Below, in pieces: positions 10,601-23,040 of a stretch of DNA of 64,000 nt. The stretch's first letter is position 1. Each line of letters begins with the position of its first letter. The notes under the pieces were generated by a model. It was not told where the DNA came from. It was given only the letters and a program-made list of their open reading frames with translations, and made no database searches. The DNA is from Azolla caroliniana (lineage: Eukaryota > Plantae > Polypodiophyta): contig JBHGNT010000006.1 of assembly GCA_043228905.1 (NCBI GenBank), forward strand, positions 17,980,001-18,044,000. Reading direction: 5' to 3'. Position numbers and translations under genes: made by a program.

Positions 10601-13400
10601 ATGTGTTCGCCTGGTCCTACAAAGACATGTCGGGACTCGATCCTCAGTTGTATCAACACCAGATACATCTGAGCAAAGACACCAAACCGGTAGCGCAAGG
10701 ACGTTACCGGATGAACCCGAATTGCTGAGAGTTGGGCTTCATCCGACTGGTAAAGAAAGCCACATGGCTCAGCCCGATAGTAGTAGTACCCAAAAAGAAC
10801 GGTAAGATCAGAGTGTGCATCGACTATCGGAAATTGAATGCGGCTACGGTAACGGACGCCTTCCCATTTCCATTCACGAATGGAGTTCTGGATGCGGTCG
10901 CCGGTCATAAGGTGTACAGTTTTCTAGATGGTTTGAGCGGCTATAATCAGATCCGGATGCACCCCGCGAACCAGGAGAAAACTGCTTTTGTTACCGAATG
11001 GGGAGTCTTTGTTGCCGTAGTGATGATGTTTGGACTGAAAACGGCCCGACAACCTTCCAACGGATCATCATGGAAATTTTCGGGGAATTGATTCCGGCAT
11101 TCATGCAGGTGTTTTTGGATGACTTTGTTGTTTATAGCCAGGAAGGGGATCACCTTCAGTACCTCCGACTATGCCTAGAAAAATGTAGGGTTTACCGACT
11201 AAGCCTGAACCCGGCAAAATGCGTGTTCGGAGTAACCAGCGGAGCGTTACTGGGCCACATCGTCAACAATGACGGTATCGTAGTGGATCCAGACAAAGTA
11301 AAAGCAATCATGGAGGCACCGGCACCAGCCACGGCAAAGGCACTAAGCCGGTTCTTAGGAAAAATTCGGTGGCATAGCCGAATGCTCCGGTATCTAGCAG
11401 ACCTGGCTACACCACTGCATGTCGCAGTACATCGGACACCGTTCCGATGGATGGACATAGAAGACCAGGCTTACCGAGCACTAAAAGTATTGTTGTCACA
11501 AGCGCCGTTGGTGCAACCTCCGGATTGGTCCAAAGAGTTCCATGTGTTTGTTGACACGTCTGACATTGCAATTGGGAGCGCACTGATGCAATTGACAGAA
11601 CCGAAATGGTTCCAACCAGTCTATATACCAGCTGGAAGTTATCCCAAGTGGAACATAATTATTCCACGACGGAAAGGGAGGCTTTGGGAATGATCTACAG
11701 TGTCACCAAGTTTAGACTCTATCTGTTGGGAAGGAAATTTTCCTTTCACGTAGATCATTCGGCGCTCCTCTATTTGGTGTCCAAAGCATCACTCACCAGT
11801 AAGCTGGTCCGGTGGACGTTACTACTGCAAGAATTCGAGTTCAAGATATTCCACCAATCCGACATACGGCATGTGGTAGCAGACTATTTAAGTCGGCTAG
11901 ATTCCGACGAAACCGATGACGGAGTCCCAGACGACTTTCTGGATGCAAAGTTGTTTAGAGTCACAGCAGAAACGGCAACGGATAGTTCGGTCGCTGAGGA
12001 AGACAAGTGGCTCACCAATATGCACCAGTTTCTGAGCACCGGTTTACCTCTGGAGGAGATGAACAGAGACGAAAGGAAACATTTAGCAGTTCAAAGCCGA
12101 CACTTCTATCTATTGCAGGACACACTGTACCACAAAGGCGCAGATGGCATATGGCGGCGTGCAGTGCGCAATGATGAAAATGAAGTAATATTGCGCGAGG
12201 CACATTGCGGCGTGGCCGGAGGACATTATGCCGGAGACGCTACGACAAGGAAAATATGGCAGAGTGGACTATGGTGGCCAACAACATTGAAAGATGCAGT
12301 CCGGTACGCTAAAGAATGCGACCTATGTCAACGAATGGGGCAACCAACCGAACAAGCCAGAATGCCTCACCAGCTCCTACTACCGTTAGAACCATTTTAG
12401 AAATGGGGGCTAGATTTTGTCGGTCCGTTCAAACCACCGGCAATGAGAATCGGCAACCGCTACGTGATCGTCGCTACGGATTACTGCACGAAATGGGAGG
12501 AAGCGAAAGCACTACGCGACAACACCGCGGCATCCATGGCAAAAACTTTATATGAATGCATCTAGTGCCGATATGGATGTTCGATAGAGCTCATAAGTGA
12601 CCAAGGTGGGCACTTCTTAGGGCAAGTAGTGGAAAGTTTGACAACATTTTATGCGGTGGTGCACAAACAGAGCACTCCCTATTATCTGCAAGCCAACGGA
12701 TTAGCAGAGTCAACAAATAAAACACTACAGAATATCCTGCGGAAAATCGTCAATGAGAACCGGACGGATTGGGAAAAAAAGCGGCATAGTGCACTTTGGG
12801 CTTACCAAACGGCATATAAAACAAGTATCCGCACAATACCGTTCCGCTTAGCATTCGGATTAGAAGCAGTGATGCCGGTAGAGTTCCAGGTCTCAAGTTT
12901 ACGAATACAGATTCGGGAACACCTAAATGAGAAGGAATCAGAAGCTATCCAGGTTAAACGCGTTGTGTGAATTTGAAGAACACCGGCTAGCCAGCATCAT
13001 GCACCTAGAACTAGAGCAGCGGCGAAGGAAGGCGTTCGTGGATTGTCACAGAAAAGGGAACGAAAAGATGTTCGGCGTCGGTAAGCCGGTACTCGTGTTC
13101 CAGACTCGGATGGGTAAGATGCCGGGAAAGCTACGGTTTCAGTGGACCGGACCATACTGGATTACGCGAGAGTTCAATGGTTCCTACCAATTAGGGACAC
13201 TTGCCAGCGAGGTTCTGGGTAAATGGGTCGACCGGTTCTGACTCAAACCATACAATGGACCCATGCCAAGAAACCCATTTGAACAAGTGAAGGGCGGCAC
13301 TGAACCGGACACCAGTAAGGCGGAAGCGCCGGCAAGCGGTCCAGCGTCTGGCAAGGATCATAATCCGGATAGGGGTCTAGTGGGACCGGTCCCTAATTAG
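7642..13400 (+). pseudogene. Gypsy-B gag-pol (gag, aspartic protease, RT, RNase H, integrase)
   Basis: IIDGGSG protease; SPIVVVPKKNGKIRVCIDYRKLN, FLDGLSGYNQI and VFLDD RT motifs; VFVDTS/YSTTERE RNase H; EAHCGVAGGH...CDLC and WGLDFVGP integrase; many stops and frameshifts. Confidence 0.93.
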
Positions 13401-13616
13401 CAAAACCATTTATTATCTTTAAAAAAAAATAAAAAATAAAATCGAATCAAAGAAAATCAAAGCAAATCATGCAAGGGCGAGGAGTGAACGGACACATGCA
13501 AAAAAGAGTGAACAGGCACTTTGAAAAGGTATGTAGTGGGCTATGAATAGGGTATTAAACCGCCGCCACATGGCACGTCATTCTATTTTAGTACACGACG
13601 TGCACATGCGAGGGTA

Positions 13617-16600
13617 ATGAAAAAAAAAACAGTCGCCAACATGCAACAAGAAGACCCCCGCCACATAGAAACCCTCACATTTCGCGAACAGAGGAGTAGA
13701 AACGCTGACAAGCGATTGAAGATCAGCAGACGCGAACCCACACACACAGAGACTCCTCACACACAACCCTCACCAGCGCTCACCGACCTCGACAAAGCCA
13801 TGGACTGCCAAGCACTCTCTGAAGCAGCGAAGAAGTGGCTAAGGCAACACGGCTTAGAGGGTTTCCTCACCATCATGGAGGCGCCACCGCACCGGGAGGC
13901 GGAGAAGATAGTCAAAGAAATCGACATGGAGCTGATTACTGAGGAGGCCATCCATGCGTTGATTGGCCTTGCGGAAGGGGGAATCTTCACTATCGATAAC
14001 CCTACCCCGGAACAACTCTGAAAATACTTTGGGGAATACTCTCTGGCAAGCAAGGCCTACTGGACATAGGGCGGCGAAGATCCTCTCTTTTGAGAGATTG
14101 CTCGAGTGCTCCATGAATTCGGACATGTATACTCTCGACCCCCATGCATGCCCCAGAAACGGGCCGGCTTAATCATAGCTACATATGAAGGCGTGAAGGT
14201 GGACTGGGCGGTACTAATTGCGGATGGCCTCTGTGCGGCCATCAACTCTGTCAGAGGCAAAGAGGGTCGGAAGATATGGACAGCGGTGGTGCAATGGCTC
14301 ACTCTATTAGCGCCACCTATCGAGCCCGTCAAGAGCAGGAAGCGGGGAAGAACAACCGAAGGAACCCCGAAAACGGCCTCTAAACGACGACAATTGTTGG
14401 CGTCTAAGGCAACCGAAGGGAAGGCGGCTGACATGGACCTGGCGGCAAAGGAGCGCGCCAACAAGAAGCGGCAGGCAGAAACACAGGAGGAGCCACCGGT
14501 GCGGCCAATCAAGATCAGGCTTAGCCGACCGGTTCAACAAGCGCCGAACCCCTTGGCAGTGAAAATCAACATCGGGACTCAGGAGGAGGAAACGGACGAG
14601 GAACCGTTAGAGCACCTCCAGTGGCGCCAGAAGGCAAGCACCTCCGAACATGCCAAGGAGCGTTCGGACCCAAAGAAGGATGGAACGCCTGTACCCCGCC
14701 CTGAGCAGCCCGCACCAAGGATGGAACCGGAACTGGCTCGGACAGAACTGGCCATAGAGCCCCCTGCACAACAACCTCTACTAGCTGGTCAAGATACGGC
14801 AAGACCCGATATGCCAGCGCTAGAAGTACAGTTGCCGACCCCACCAGCAGGCCAAGAGCATTCAGAGGTGGAGCGGCCAATGGAGCCGCAACCTAAACGG
14901 CAAAGTGGTCACCAACAAGAGCCAGAGTTGTAGCTCGACAAAACTGGACAAAACTGACCACTGGCCAGCGACACCAACAGCCAACCCTCCGGGCAGACGC
15001 AACAACAGGGCAACGGCAACCAATGGCTCTGGTGGATTGGAGAACAGATTGCAGGAGTGGTACACTACATAGAGGCGGAAGAGAAAGCGCAGATGGACCG
15101 GTTGCTCGTCACAACCGGAGAATTAGAGACGGCCCGGTCAAGGATTCGGAGCCTAGGACAAGACTTGGACCTGGCCACAGAAGAATTAGCCAAAATGGCC
15201 TTAACCGGACCACAGCTCCAAGCACTGGTGACCCTGGTCGATGTACAGAATAAAGAAGCACCAGCACCTGTACATAGCAATAAGACCCCGGAGACGGAAA
15301 CAGTCCCGGAGATAGTGGCGGCACAAGCAAAAGAGCTTACTAAATTAAGGGATGAATTGGCCGCACAGGAAGCATTACACACCCGAGAGCGGGACTTGAA
15401 GAAAGCAGCAAAAGAAGAGCAATGAAAGACTACTGAGAACCTCCGCCGGGCAAATGAGAATCTGTGGAAAGGACATCAGGCCTACGACCAGCTGAAGGAG
15501 GAGAAAGAGAAGGCGCTGCAAGAAAAGGAGAAGTTACGACGGATGGCGGAAACAAAGATCGAAAGGCTGAAAGAAGAACTCCGTCAGCAAAAGGACCGGG
15601 AAGACCGTGCTTGCCGGCAACTTAACCAAAAGCTGAAGCAGAAAACCGATGATTTTGAGCACCTGGACTGGGACTACAAGCACCTGGATATGGAGCATAA
15701 GAAACAACAGGAGAAGATGGTAGAGCTCCGGCAGGAGATACATCGGGTTGAGACGATGCTGGCGGAGGAACGAGCTGAAAGAACCACGTTGCTGGACAAA
15801 GCCGTGCAAGAACGGATGGAGCTGCATAAGTAGCATTATGAAGAGAAGGAAAGAGCGACGATGATCTTGCAAAGGCTGCAGACCACTTATCAAACCCAAC
15901 TGTCACATTACCGGGAGTAGGAGGTGGATACGGTGGCACTCATCAAGCAGTTGAAGGACAAACGGCAAGCTGCAGAGGACTAATCAAAGATGGGATTGGA
16001 GCAGATCCAATTCATTGTCCAGGCATAGAGGAACAAGACCAAACGCTTGATTGACGAAAGCTCCGCGCAATGGTGGGACAAATGGGCAAAGCACATAGCT
16101 AAGCTCCAGTTGCTACGGGCAGACACGGAAAACCGGCAGAGGGAAGGCGACGACTGCTACATGCTAACGAAGGAGGACTTCACTGTCGTTAGAGAGTAGT
16201 TAGCCGAAGATTTTATAACTCTGGCGGAGGAGCAGGCAGCAATGGTCTGACAACTAGTAGCCCAGCTAGATGATGATCGACTAGATGCTCAAATCCAGTT
16301 TGAGAGCTATGAGCGGACCAAGCTATGGAGAGAAGACACAAAACAGGCGGCGACCGTCAACCTCAGCGATCAGGAGCCATCACCGGAGCAAGGACCGGAC
16401 GGAGACAAGGCCGGGACGAGTAAACCGGAGTCAAATCCGGCGGAGCAGCTAACGGAGGAATCACCGCCACAACCACCGGTACCGGAAGCCGAATAGACGC
16501 CCGCTCAGGAGCAACAGTTGGAGGAGCCGCAACCACCGCAACAACAGCCGCAACAACAACAACAACCACAACAACAACAACAACAATCGAATTCCAAACA

Positions 16601-16652
16601 ACCATTGGATACCTTGGAGTAGAGTATTCTGGACATCTTGGACGAAGGCTAA
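13617..16652 (+). pseudogene. Gypsy-B extra sense ORF after pol (~1000 aa; globular N-terminus, disordered middle, coiled-coil C-terminus)
   Basis: ORF fragments at 13617, 14106, 15057 and 15543 are homologous to 49517-52944 and 62780-63335; ends ...SILDILDEG*. Confidence 0.8.
16535..16587 (+). repeat. (CAA)n microsatellite, poly-Gln tract in the extra ORF
   Basis: caacaacaacaacaaccacaacaacaacaacaacaa. Confidence 0.85.
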
Positions 16653-16703
16653 GGGCCGGATAGTGGGATTCGACGTACAAGGTACTATCCCACGGGCGTG
16701 CCA
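16653..16703 (+). other. tRNA-3'-end-like hairpin ending in CCA at the PPT position of Gypsy-B
   Basis: GATAGTGGGATTCGACGTACAAGGTACTATCCCACGGGCGTGCCA ends 2 nt before the 3' LTR; no purine tract is present there. Confidence 0.7.
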
Positions 16704-16705
16704 TG

Positions 16706-17140
16706 TGATACCCGCCTGGCAAAGGAGCAGAGACCAAAATGTGAAAGGGATGGTTATTCAGAATATATTTAATTAAGTAGATTAGATTATAATTATGTAG
16801 TGAACGGATGAACCGGAATCGGTATGCCGATCCGGATCCGGACCGATTCCGAACAGGTGCCGGTTGGCACCGTTTTGTACGCAGCACCGATGACCTATAT
16901 AAAGGCCCGGTTACAATGTATAACTTTAACGGAGAATTAATATAAGCTTCATGTATTGATTACCATTCCGAATTAATTGTTATATCTTACGTGTGTATTA
17001 AGTGTATGCCTTATTGCTAAGTAGCTAATTAAGTCGAAGTAATCGTTGTGTTTTAAGTTATCTCGCCGTAACACCCCTTTGGTGAAGTCTCTTCCAGAGA
17101 CACCCTGTGTTAGGCCATTGTCCGGCCCTAAGGATTAACA
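16706..17140 (+). repeat. 3' LTR of Gypsy-B
   Basis: Direct repeat of 7139-7586, followed by TSD CACGA. Confidence 0.92.
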
Positions 17141-17145
17141 CACGA

Positions 17146-17434
17146 CTCCTCCCTAGATTATGATCGAAGGAGAGATGACAAAAGGTACCGGGAATGACAG
17201 GAGAACCCAGATCAGGATAGACGGTACCCGGAACTCCAAAGACATCGGAACCACCGCTACCACAACCGTGAGGGAAAGTATCGTCGAGAAGAATGTCGGG
17301 AACAAGTTAGAGGGTACCAACGAGAACCGAATACAGGTACAATGGTCCCAACCCCACAACTAGAGCAACGGAGGCCAAAAGAAACCAACCGGATAATTCC
17401 GGTATTAAGCCGGGAATGATAGAAAAAGGAGAAT
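17146..17434 (+). pseudogene. Gypsy-A gag, middle fragment (Arg/Asp-rich)
   Basis: Continues the RD-rich gag stretch interrupted at 7138; similar to the Gypsy-C gag around 58300-58500. Confidence 0.7.
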
Positions 17435-18163
17435 TGTTGGGATTTTCGGTCCCTCCGGATGGGATGTCCGGAGATGAATGACGGCAGGCCTGGTTGCGGT
17501 TACGGAACCGGAGGATGAAGAGTACCCGGTTATGGAACCGGAGGATGAAGAGTACCCGGTTACGGAGCCGGATGATGAAGACCCCGGCTACGGAGCCGGA
17601 TGACGAAGACCCCGGCTACGGAGCCGGATGACGAAGACCCGGCTACGGAGCCGGATGACGAAGACCCGACTACGGAGCCGGATGATGAAGACCCTGGTTA
17701 CGGAGCCGGATGACGAAGTACCCGGAGAGAGATCCGGATGCGGAGACTATATTTGTAAATAGCCCGAAAGTCATATGTGTATAAATATGACTTAGGGCAA
17801 ACAGTTTAGCTGTGGTTGTTGTTGCTCATTTTCTGTTTTCCACTTAGAGAGAGTGAAGAGAGCAGCCGAGAGAGAGAGAGAGAGAGAGAAAGACGAAGAG
17901 GTCGTTGCCTCTGTGTATTGCCGCCGCCTGTGGCGAAGACAGTGAGCTCAAGGTTGTTGCCTTGTGGCTTCACCATTGTACATCTCTGTTCATAGTGATA
18001 GTTGGAGTTTGAGGACTCCCGTGGTTTTTCCCATTTAGGGTTTTCCACGTAAAACATCCTGTGTATTTTTCTCTCTATTGTCTTCGTGCATTTTTTTTTG
18101 TATTTCCCGTTTTCTGTGAGTTGGTCCTATTCCTTGGTTGTGGCCGAGCACTGTTGTTTAACA
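17435..18163 (+). repeat. 5' LTR of Copia-2
   Basis: TGTTG...TAACA termini; eight 27-30-bp tandem units; (GA)n tract. Confidence 0.95.
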
Positions 18164-18166
18164 AAT

Positions 18167-18178
18167 TGGTATCAGAGC
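18167..18178 (+). promoter_or_regulatory. Primer binding site (tRNA-iMet) of Copia-2
   Basis: TGGTATCAGAGC. Confidence 0.95.
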
Positions 18179-18194
18179 ACGGTTAACACAGAAA

Positions 18195-21100
18195 ATGGAA
18201 GGCAGCGGTAGTGGGCCTCCGGGCATGATGGTGTTGAACTCACAGAACTACGCCGACTGGAAGATAAAGATGGAAGACCTTCTCATCGTCCGAGACCTGT
18301 ACGAACCGATCGACAATGCCGAGATACCCAAGGGGGTAATAGAGTCGGAGTGGAAGCTCCTGAACCGGAAAGCCGTAGCGACGATCCGACAATATGTAGA
18401 TGTAAGTGTCCTGCAACATGTGGCGAACGACACCAACGCATATGAGATGTGGAAGAAGCTGTCGGGCCTCTACGAGAGGAAGAATGCGTTGAACTGGACC
18501 TCCCTGATGAGGAAGATAGTGAACCTCAAGTACCGGGACGGCGAGAATATGGTGGAACACATGAGCACGTTCATGGGATTCGTGAACCAGCTTGCGGCGA
18601 TCAAGTTCCCGTTGGAGGATGCAATGCAAGCCATCATTCTGATGTGTACATTGCCGGAAAGCTGGGAGAACTTGGTGGTGACTCTCAGCACCTCCTGCAC
18701 CGAAGATAACTTGTCTCTACAAACGGTAAAGACAAGCATTTTGAACGAAGAAGCGCGTCGGAGAGATAAAGAACCGGTTTCCGATCCGAAGATGCTGCTT
18801 ACCGAATCGGATCGGGGAAGACAATGGAACCGGAGTCCGCAAAGACGGGAGAAGTCGGGGACCCGGTCGCAGTCAAGAGGAAGACCCACATGCTTCCACT
18901 GTGGGAAGCCGGGGCACTTCCGGAAGAATTGTCGGCATTACCGAAAGGACAACGGAGCCGACGACACCGATTCGAAGAAGTCACCGGAGAGAAACGGTGC
19001 ATACCGGGGAGCCACGGAGTGGAGAGGTCCGGATCGGCGAGGGCAGGACCGGAAAGGAACGACGGCACTCGCGGCAAGTGAAGAAGAGATAATGCTCATT
19101 ACCGAAGAGAGGGAGCTGAACCTTGCCGGTGTAGAGATGACCTGGGTGGTCGATTCCGGAGCGTCGTTCCACCTGACCCCGGAGAAGAAATACTTCTCAT
19201 CCTACACAGCCGGTGAGCACGGCTGTGTCCGGATGGGAAATGAAGGCACATGTCGGATTGCCGGCATAGGAGACGTGTGGCTGATGACATCAACCGAATG
19301 CAAGATGCTGCTGAAGGATGTACGACACGTTCCGGAGGTCCGATTGAACCTGATTTCGGCCGGGAGGCTAGACGATGAAGGCTACACGGGTAGCATCCGG
19401 AACGGTGTCATGAAGTTCAGCAAAGGGAGCCTGATAGTGGCTCGGGCCCGGAAGGTCAACACACTGTACTTGATGAATTCCCGGCTATGTCCGGAGGAGC
19501 TGAACGTGGCAGCCGATACTGCCGGTGAGCTGTGGCACAAGAGACTGTGTCACATGAGTGAGAAGGGGATGAAGAGGCTTGCAGAAGACAACCTTATTCC
19601 AGTGAAGCATGTGCACCTGGAGAAGTGCACCGATTGCCTGGCCGGTAAACAGAACCGAACCTCCTTCTACTCAAGGCCACCGACGAGACGTAGTGTACCA
19701 TTGGAGTTGGTACACACTGATGTGTGTCAGGTAGAAACGAAATCACATGGCAGAGCCTAGTACTTCGTAACATTCATAGATGACCATAGCCGGAAGCTGT
19801 GGACGGCACCGTTGAAGACAAAGGACCAAGTATTGTCCGTCTTCAAAGAACTCCACGCGAGAGTGGAAAGGGAATCCGGCAAGGAGCTGAACGCGATACG
19901 AGCGGATAACGGAGGGGAATACCGGGGGCAGTTCGAGGAGTACTGTCGCTTGAAGGGAATCCGGCTCGAGTTTACTGTGCCGAAGACGCCGGAACTGAAC
20001 GGGCTGGCCGAGAGGATGAACCGGACCGTAATGGAGAGGGTCCGGAGTATGCTGGCGCATGCGAAATTACCCAAGGGGTTTTGGGCTGAGGCAATGTCGA
20101 CGGCGACATACGTGATAAACAGATCACCCTCAGTACCTTTGGACGGAGACACGCCGCAGAGAGTGTGGACCGGTAGGGAAGTATCCTACTGGCATCTGAA
20201 GGTGTTCGGGTGTCTCGCATACGTGCATGTGGCAAAGGACCGGAGAGGAAAGTTAGACCCAAAGACCCGGCCGTGCATATTCCTCGGTTACGGCGACGAC
20301 GAGTTCGGCTACCGAGTATGGGACCCGGTCGACAAGAAGATATTCAGGAGTCGAGATATCATCTTCATGGAGGACAAGACACTCGCCGACTGGGAGTCGG
20401 AGAAGAAGATGAAGAGCTCCAAGTCGACCGGTGAGGATCAACTCTACGAGGAGCAGTCCCGACCGACAAGGGACCGGTTAGCACTCGAGGATCCGGCCGA
20501 AGACGGTGAAGAAACAGAACCGGCCGAGGAAGATGAAACTGATACCGGAACCGGCCCCGATCCCGAAATGGATTCGGATGAAGAGGAAACGGAGGAGCCG
20601 GTTACCGAAGCTCCGGAACGGAGATATCCTCTAAGAGAGAGAAGGGCCCCCCGGAGATTTCCGGAACCAGAGCACGTGCTACTAACCGACGAGGGGGAGC
20701 CGGAGAGTTTTGAAGAAGCAAAGCTTGACACTCATAGCTGCAGGTGGTTAAGTGCCATGCAGGAGGAGATGGATTCCCTGCATGAGAACCACACATATGA
20801 ACTTGTGGAGTTGCCGAAAGGAAAGCGGGCACTTCGAAACAAGTGGGTGTTCAAGCTGAAACCGGGAGATGCCGGAAACCCCCCGAGATACAAAGCCAGG
20901 ATCGTGGTGAAGGGGTTCCAGCAGAAGAAGGGCGTCGACTTCGACGAGATATTTGCCCCGGTAGTGAAGATGACCTCCATCCGGACGGTGCTGAGCATAG
21001 CAGCAAGCATGGACCTCGAGCTAGAACAGATGGACGTGAAGACGGCATTCCTTCACGGTGACCTCGAAGAAGAGATCTACATGCAGCAACCGGAAGGATT

Positions 21101-22268
21101 CGAGAAGAAAGGGAAGGAGCACCTGGTATGCCGGTTGAAGAAGAGCCTTTACGGTCTGAAGCAAGCTCCCCGGCAATGGTACCGGAAGTTCGACTCCTTC
21201 ATGACAGACGAAGGGTACCACAAAACGCAGTCCGATCACTGCGTGTTTGTGAAGAAGTTCGAAGGAGGAGACTTTCTAATACTCCTCCTGTACGTGGACA
21301 ACATGTTGATCGTCGGACGAGACCAGGTCAAGATACGGATGCTGAAGAAGGCTCTTCACCGAACCTTCTCAATGAAGGACCTGGGTCCGGCGAGGCAAAT
21401 ACTAGGGACGCACATCATCCGGGACCGGAAGAAGAAGCAGTTGTGGCTGTCACAGGAGAAGTACGTGACAAAGGTGCTTCACCGGTTCAACATGTCGGAA
21501 GCAAGACCGGTCGGGTCAACACTCCCGGCAAACTGCAAGCTGTCCAGCAAGCAAAGCCCCAAGACAAAGGCTGAGAAGGAGGACATGATGAATGTACCAT
21601 ATGCCTCTGCCGTCGGGAGCTTGATGTACGCAATGGTGTGTACAAGACCGGACATAGGATATGCAGTTGGAGTGGTGAGCCGGTATATGAGTAATCCCGG
21701 CAAGGAGCACTGGAACGCGGTCAAATGGATACTCCGATACTTAAAGGGCACTTCGAACATGTGCCTCCGATTCGGCTCCGGTAAACCCGAACTCGATGGA
21801 TTTACCGATTCGGATATGTCGGCTGATGCGGATACCAGCCGGTCTACATCTGGGTATGTAATGACATATGCAGGGGGAGCCGTTTCGTGGCAGTCGAGGT
21901 TGCAGAAGACGGTTGCGTTGTCAACCACGGAGGCGCAGTACATGGCGGCTGTTGAAGCCGGCAAGGAAATAATATGGATGAAGGACTTCATTAGAGAGCT
22001 CGGTATCCGGCAGGAGGAGTACCGACTCTACTGCGACAGTCAGAGTGCCATCCACCTTGCGAAGAATGCGCCCTATCACTCCCGGACGAAGCACATCCAG
22101 CGTAGATACCACTGGATCCGGGAAAGGATAGAACACAAGGAGTTCGTGCTGACGAAGATCCACACGGACGAGAACGGGTCGGATATGCTGACCAAGGTAC
22201 TTACACCCGACAAGCTGGAAGCATGCCGGAAGAGGATCGGATTGGAGAGACATCCCATGCCGAAGTGA
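18195..22268 (+). pseudogene. gag-pol: Copia-2 Gag-Pol with one in-frame nonsense codon
   Basis: ORFs 18195-19760 and 19812-22268 are in the same frame. TAG at 19758-19760 corresponds to CAG in Copia-1. RT motif YVDD is changed to YVDN. gag, PR, IN, RT and RH are all present. Confidence 0.93.
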
Positions 22269-22276
22269 AGGGGGAG
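22263..22276 (+). promoter_or_regulatory. Polypurine tract of Copia-2
   Basis: AAGTGAAGGGGGAG just before the 3' LTR. Confidence 0.9.
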
Positions 22277-22278
22277 TT

Positions 22279-23035
22279 TGTTGGGATTTTCGGTCCCTCC
22301 GGATGGGATGTCCGGAGATGAATGACGGCAGGCCTGGTTGCGGTTACGGAACCGGAGGATGAAGAGTACCCGGTTACGGAACCGGAGGATGAAGAGTACC
22401 CGGTTACGGAGCCGGATGATGAAGACCCCGGTTACGGAGCCGGATGATGAAGACCCCGGCTACGGAGCCGGATGATGAAGACCCCGGCTACGGAGCCGGA
22501 TGACGAAGACCCGGCTACGGAGCCGGATGACGAAGACCCGGCTACAGAGCCGGATGATGAAGACCCCGGTTACGGAGCCGGATGACGAAGTACCCGGAGA
22601 GAGATCCGGATGCGGAGACTATATTTGTAAATAGACCGAAAGTCATATGTGTATAAATATGACTTAGGGCAAACAGTTTAGCTGTGGTTGTTGTTGCTCA
22701 TTTTCTGTTTTCCACTTAGAGAGAGTGAAGAGAGCAGCCGACAGAGAGAGAGAGAGAGAGAAAGACGAAGAGGTCGTTGCCTCTGTGTATTGCCGCCGCC
22801 TGTGGCGAAGACAGTGAGCTCAAGGTTGTTGCCTTGTGGCTTCACCATTGTACATCTCTGTTCATAGTGATAGTTGGAGTTTGAGGACTCCCGTGGTTTT
22901 TCCCATTTAGGGTTTTCCACGTAAAACATCCTGTGTATTTTTCTCTCTATTGTCTTCGTGCATTTTTTTTTGTATTTCCCGTTTTCTGTGAGTTGGTCCT
23001 ATTCCTCGGTTGTGGCCGAGCACTGTTGTTTAACA
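22279..23035 (+). repeat. 3' LTR of Copia-2
   Basis: Direct repeat of the 5' LTR with nine tandem units. Confidence 0.95.
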
Positions 23036-23040
23036 AGAAT

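Larger units (their letters stand above)
7139..17140 (+). mobile_element. Ty3/gypsy Gypsy-B, full length but decayed
   Basis: LTRs 7139-7586 and 16706-17140; TSD CACGA at 7134-7138 and 17141-17145; gag-PR-RT-RH-IN plus an extra ORF. Confidence 0.94.
17435..23035 (+). mobile_element. Ty1/copia Copia-2, full length and recent
   Basis: Near-identical LTRs 17435-18163 and 22279-23035; TSD AGAAT at 17430-17434 and 23036-23040; PBS and PPT present. Confidence 0.97.

Noticed and set aside
16716-16745. Alternative 3' LTR start at TGTGAAAG with the preceding purine run as PPT (similarly TGTTAG at ~53039)
   Set aside because: The purine run is also present in the 5' LTR copies, and the TSDs abut the outer TG (7139, 5173), so it lies inside the LTR.
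17497-17725. 27-30-bp direct repeats superficially like a CRISPR array
   Set aside because: Head-to-tail with no unique spacers, inside copia LTRs, and no cas genes are present.
19758-19760. TAG between two in-frame ORFs as programmed readthrough
   Set aside because: It falls inside the integrase core, and Copia-1 and Copia-3 have CAG there, so it is a C>T nonsense mutation.
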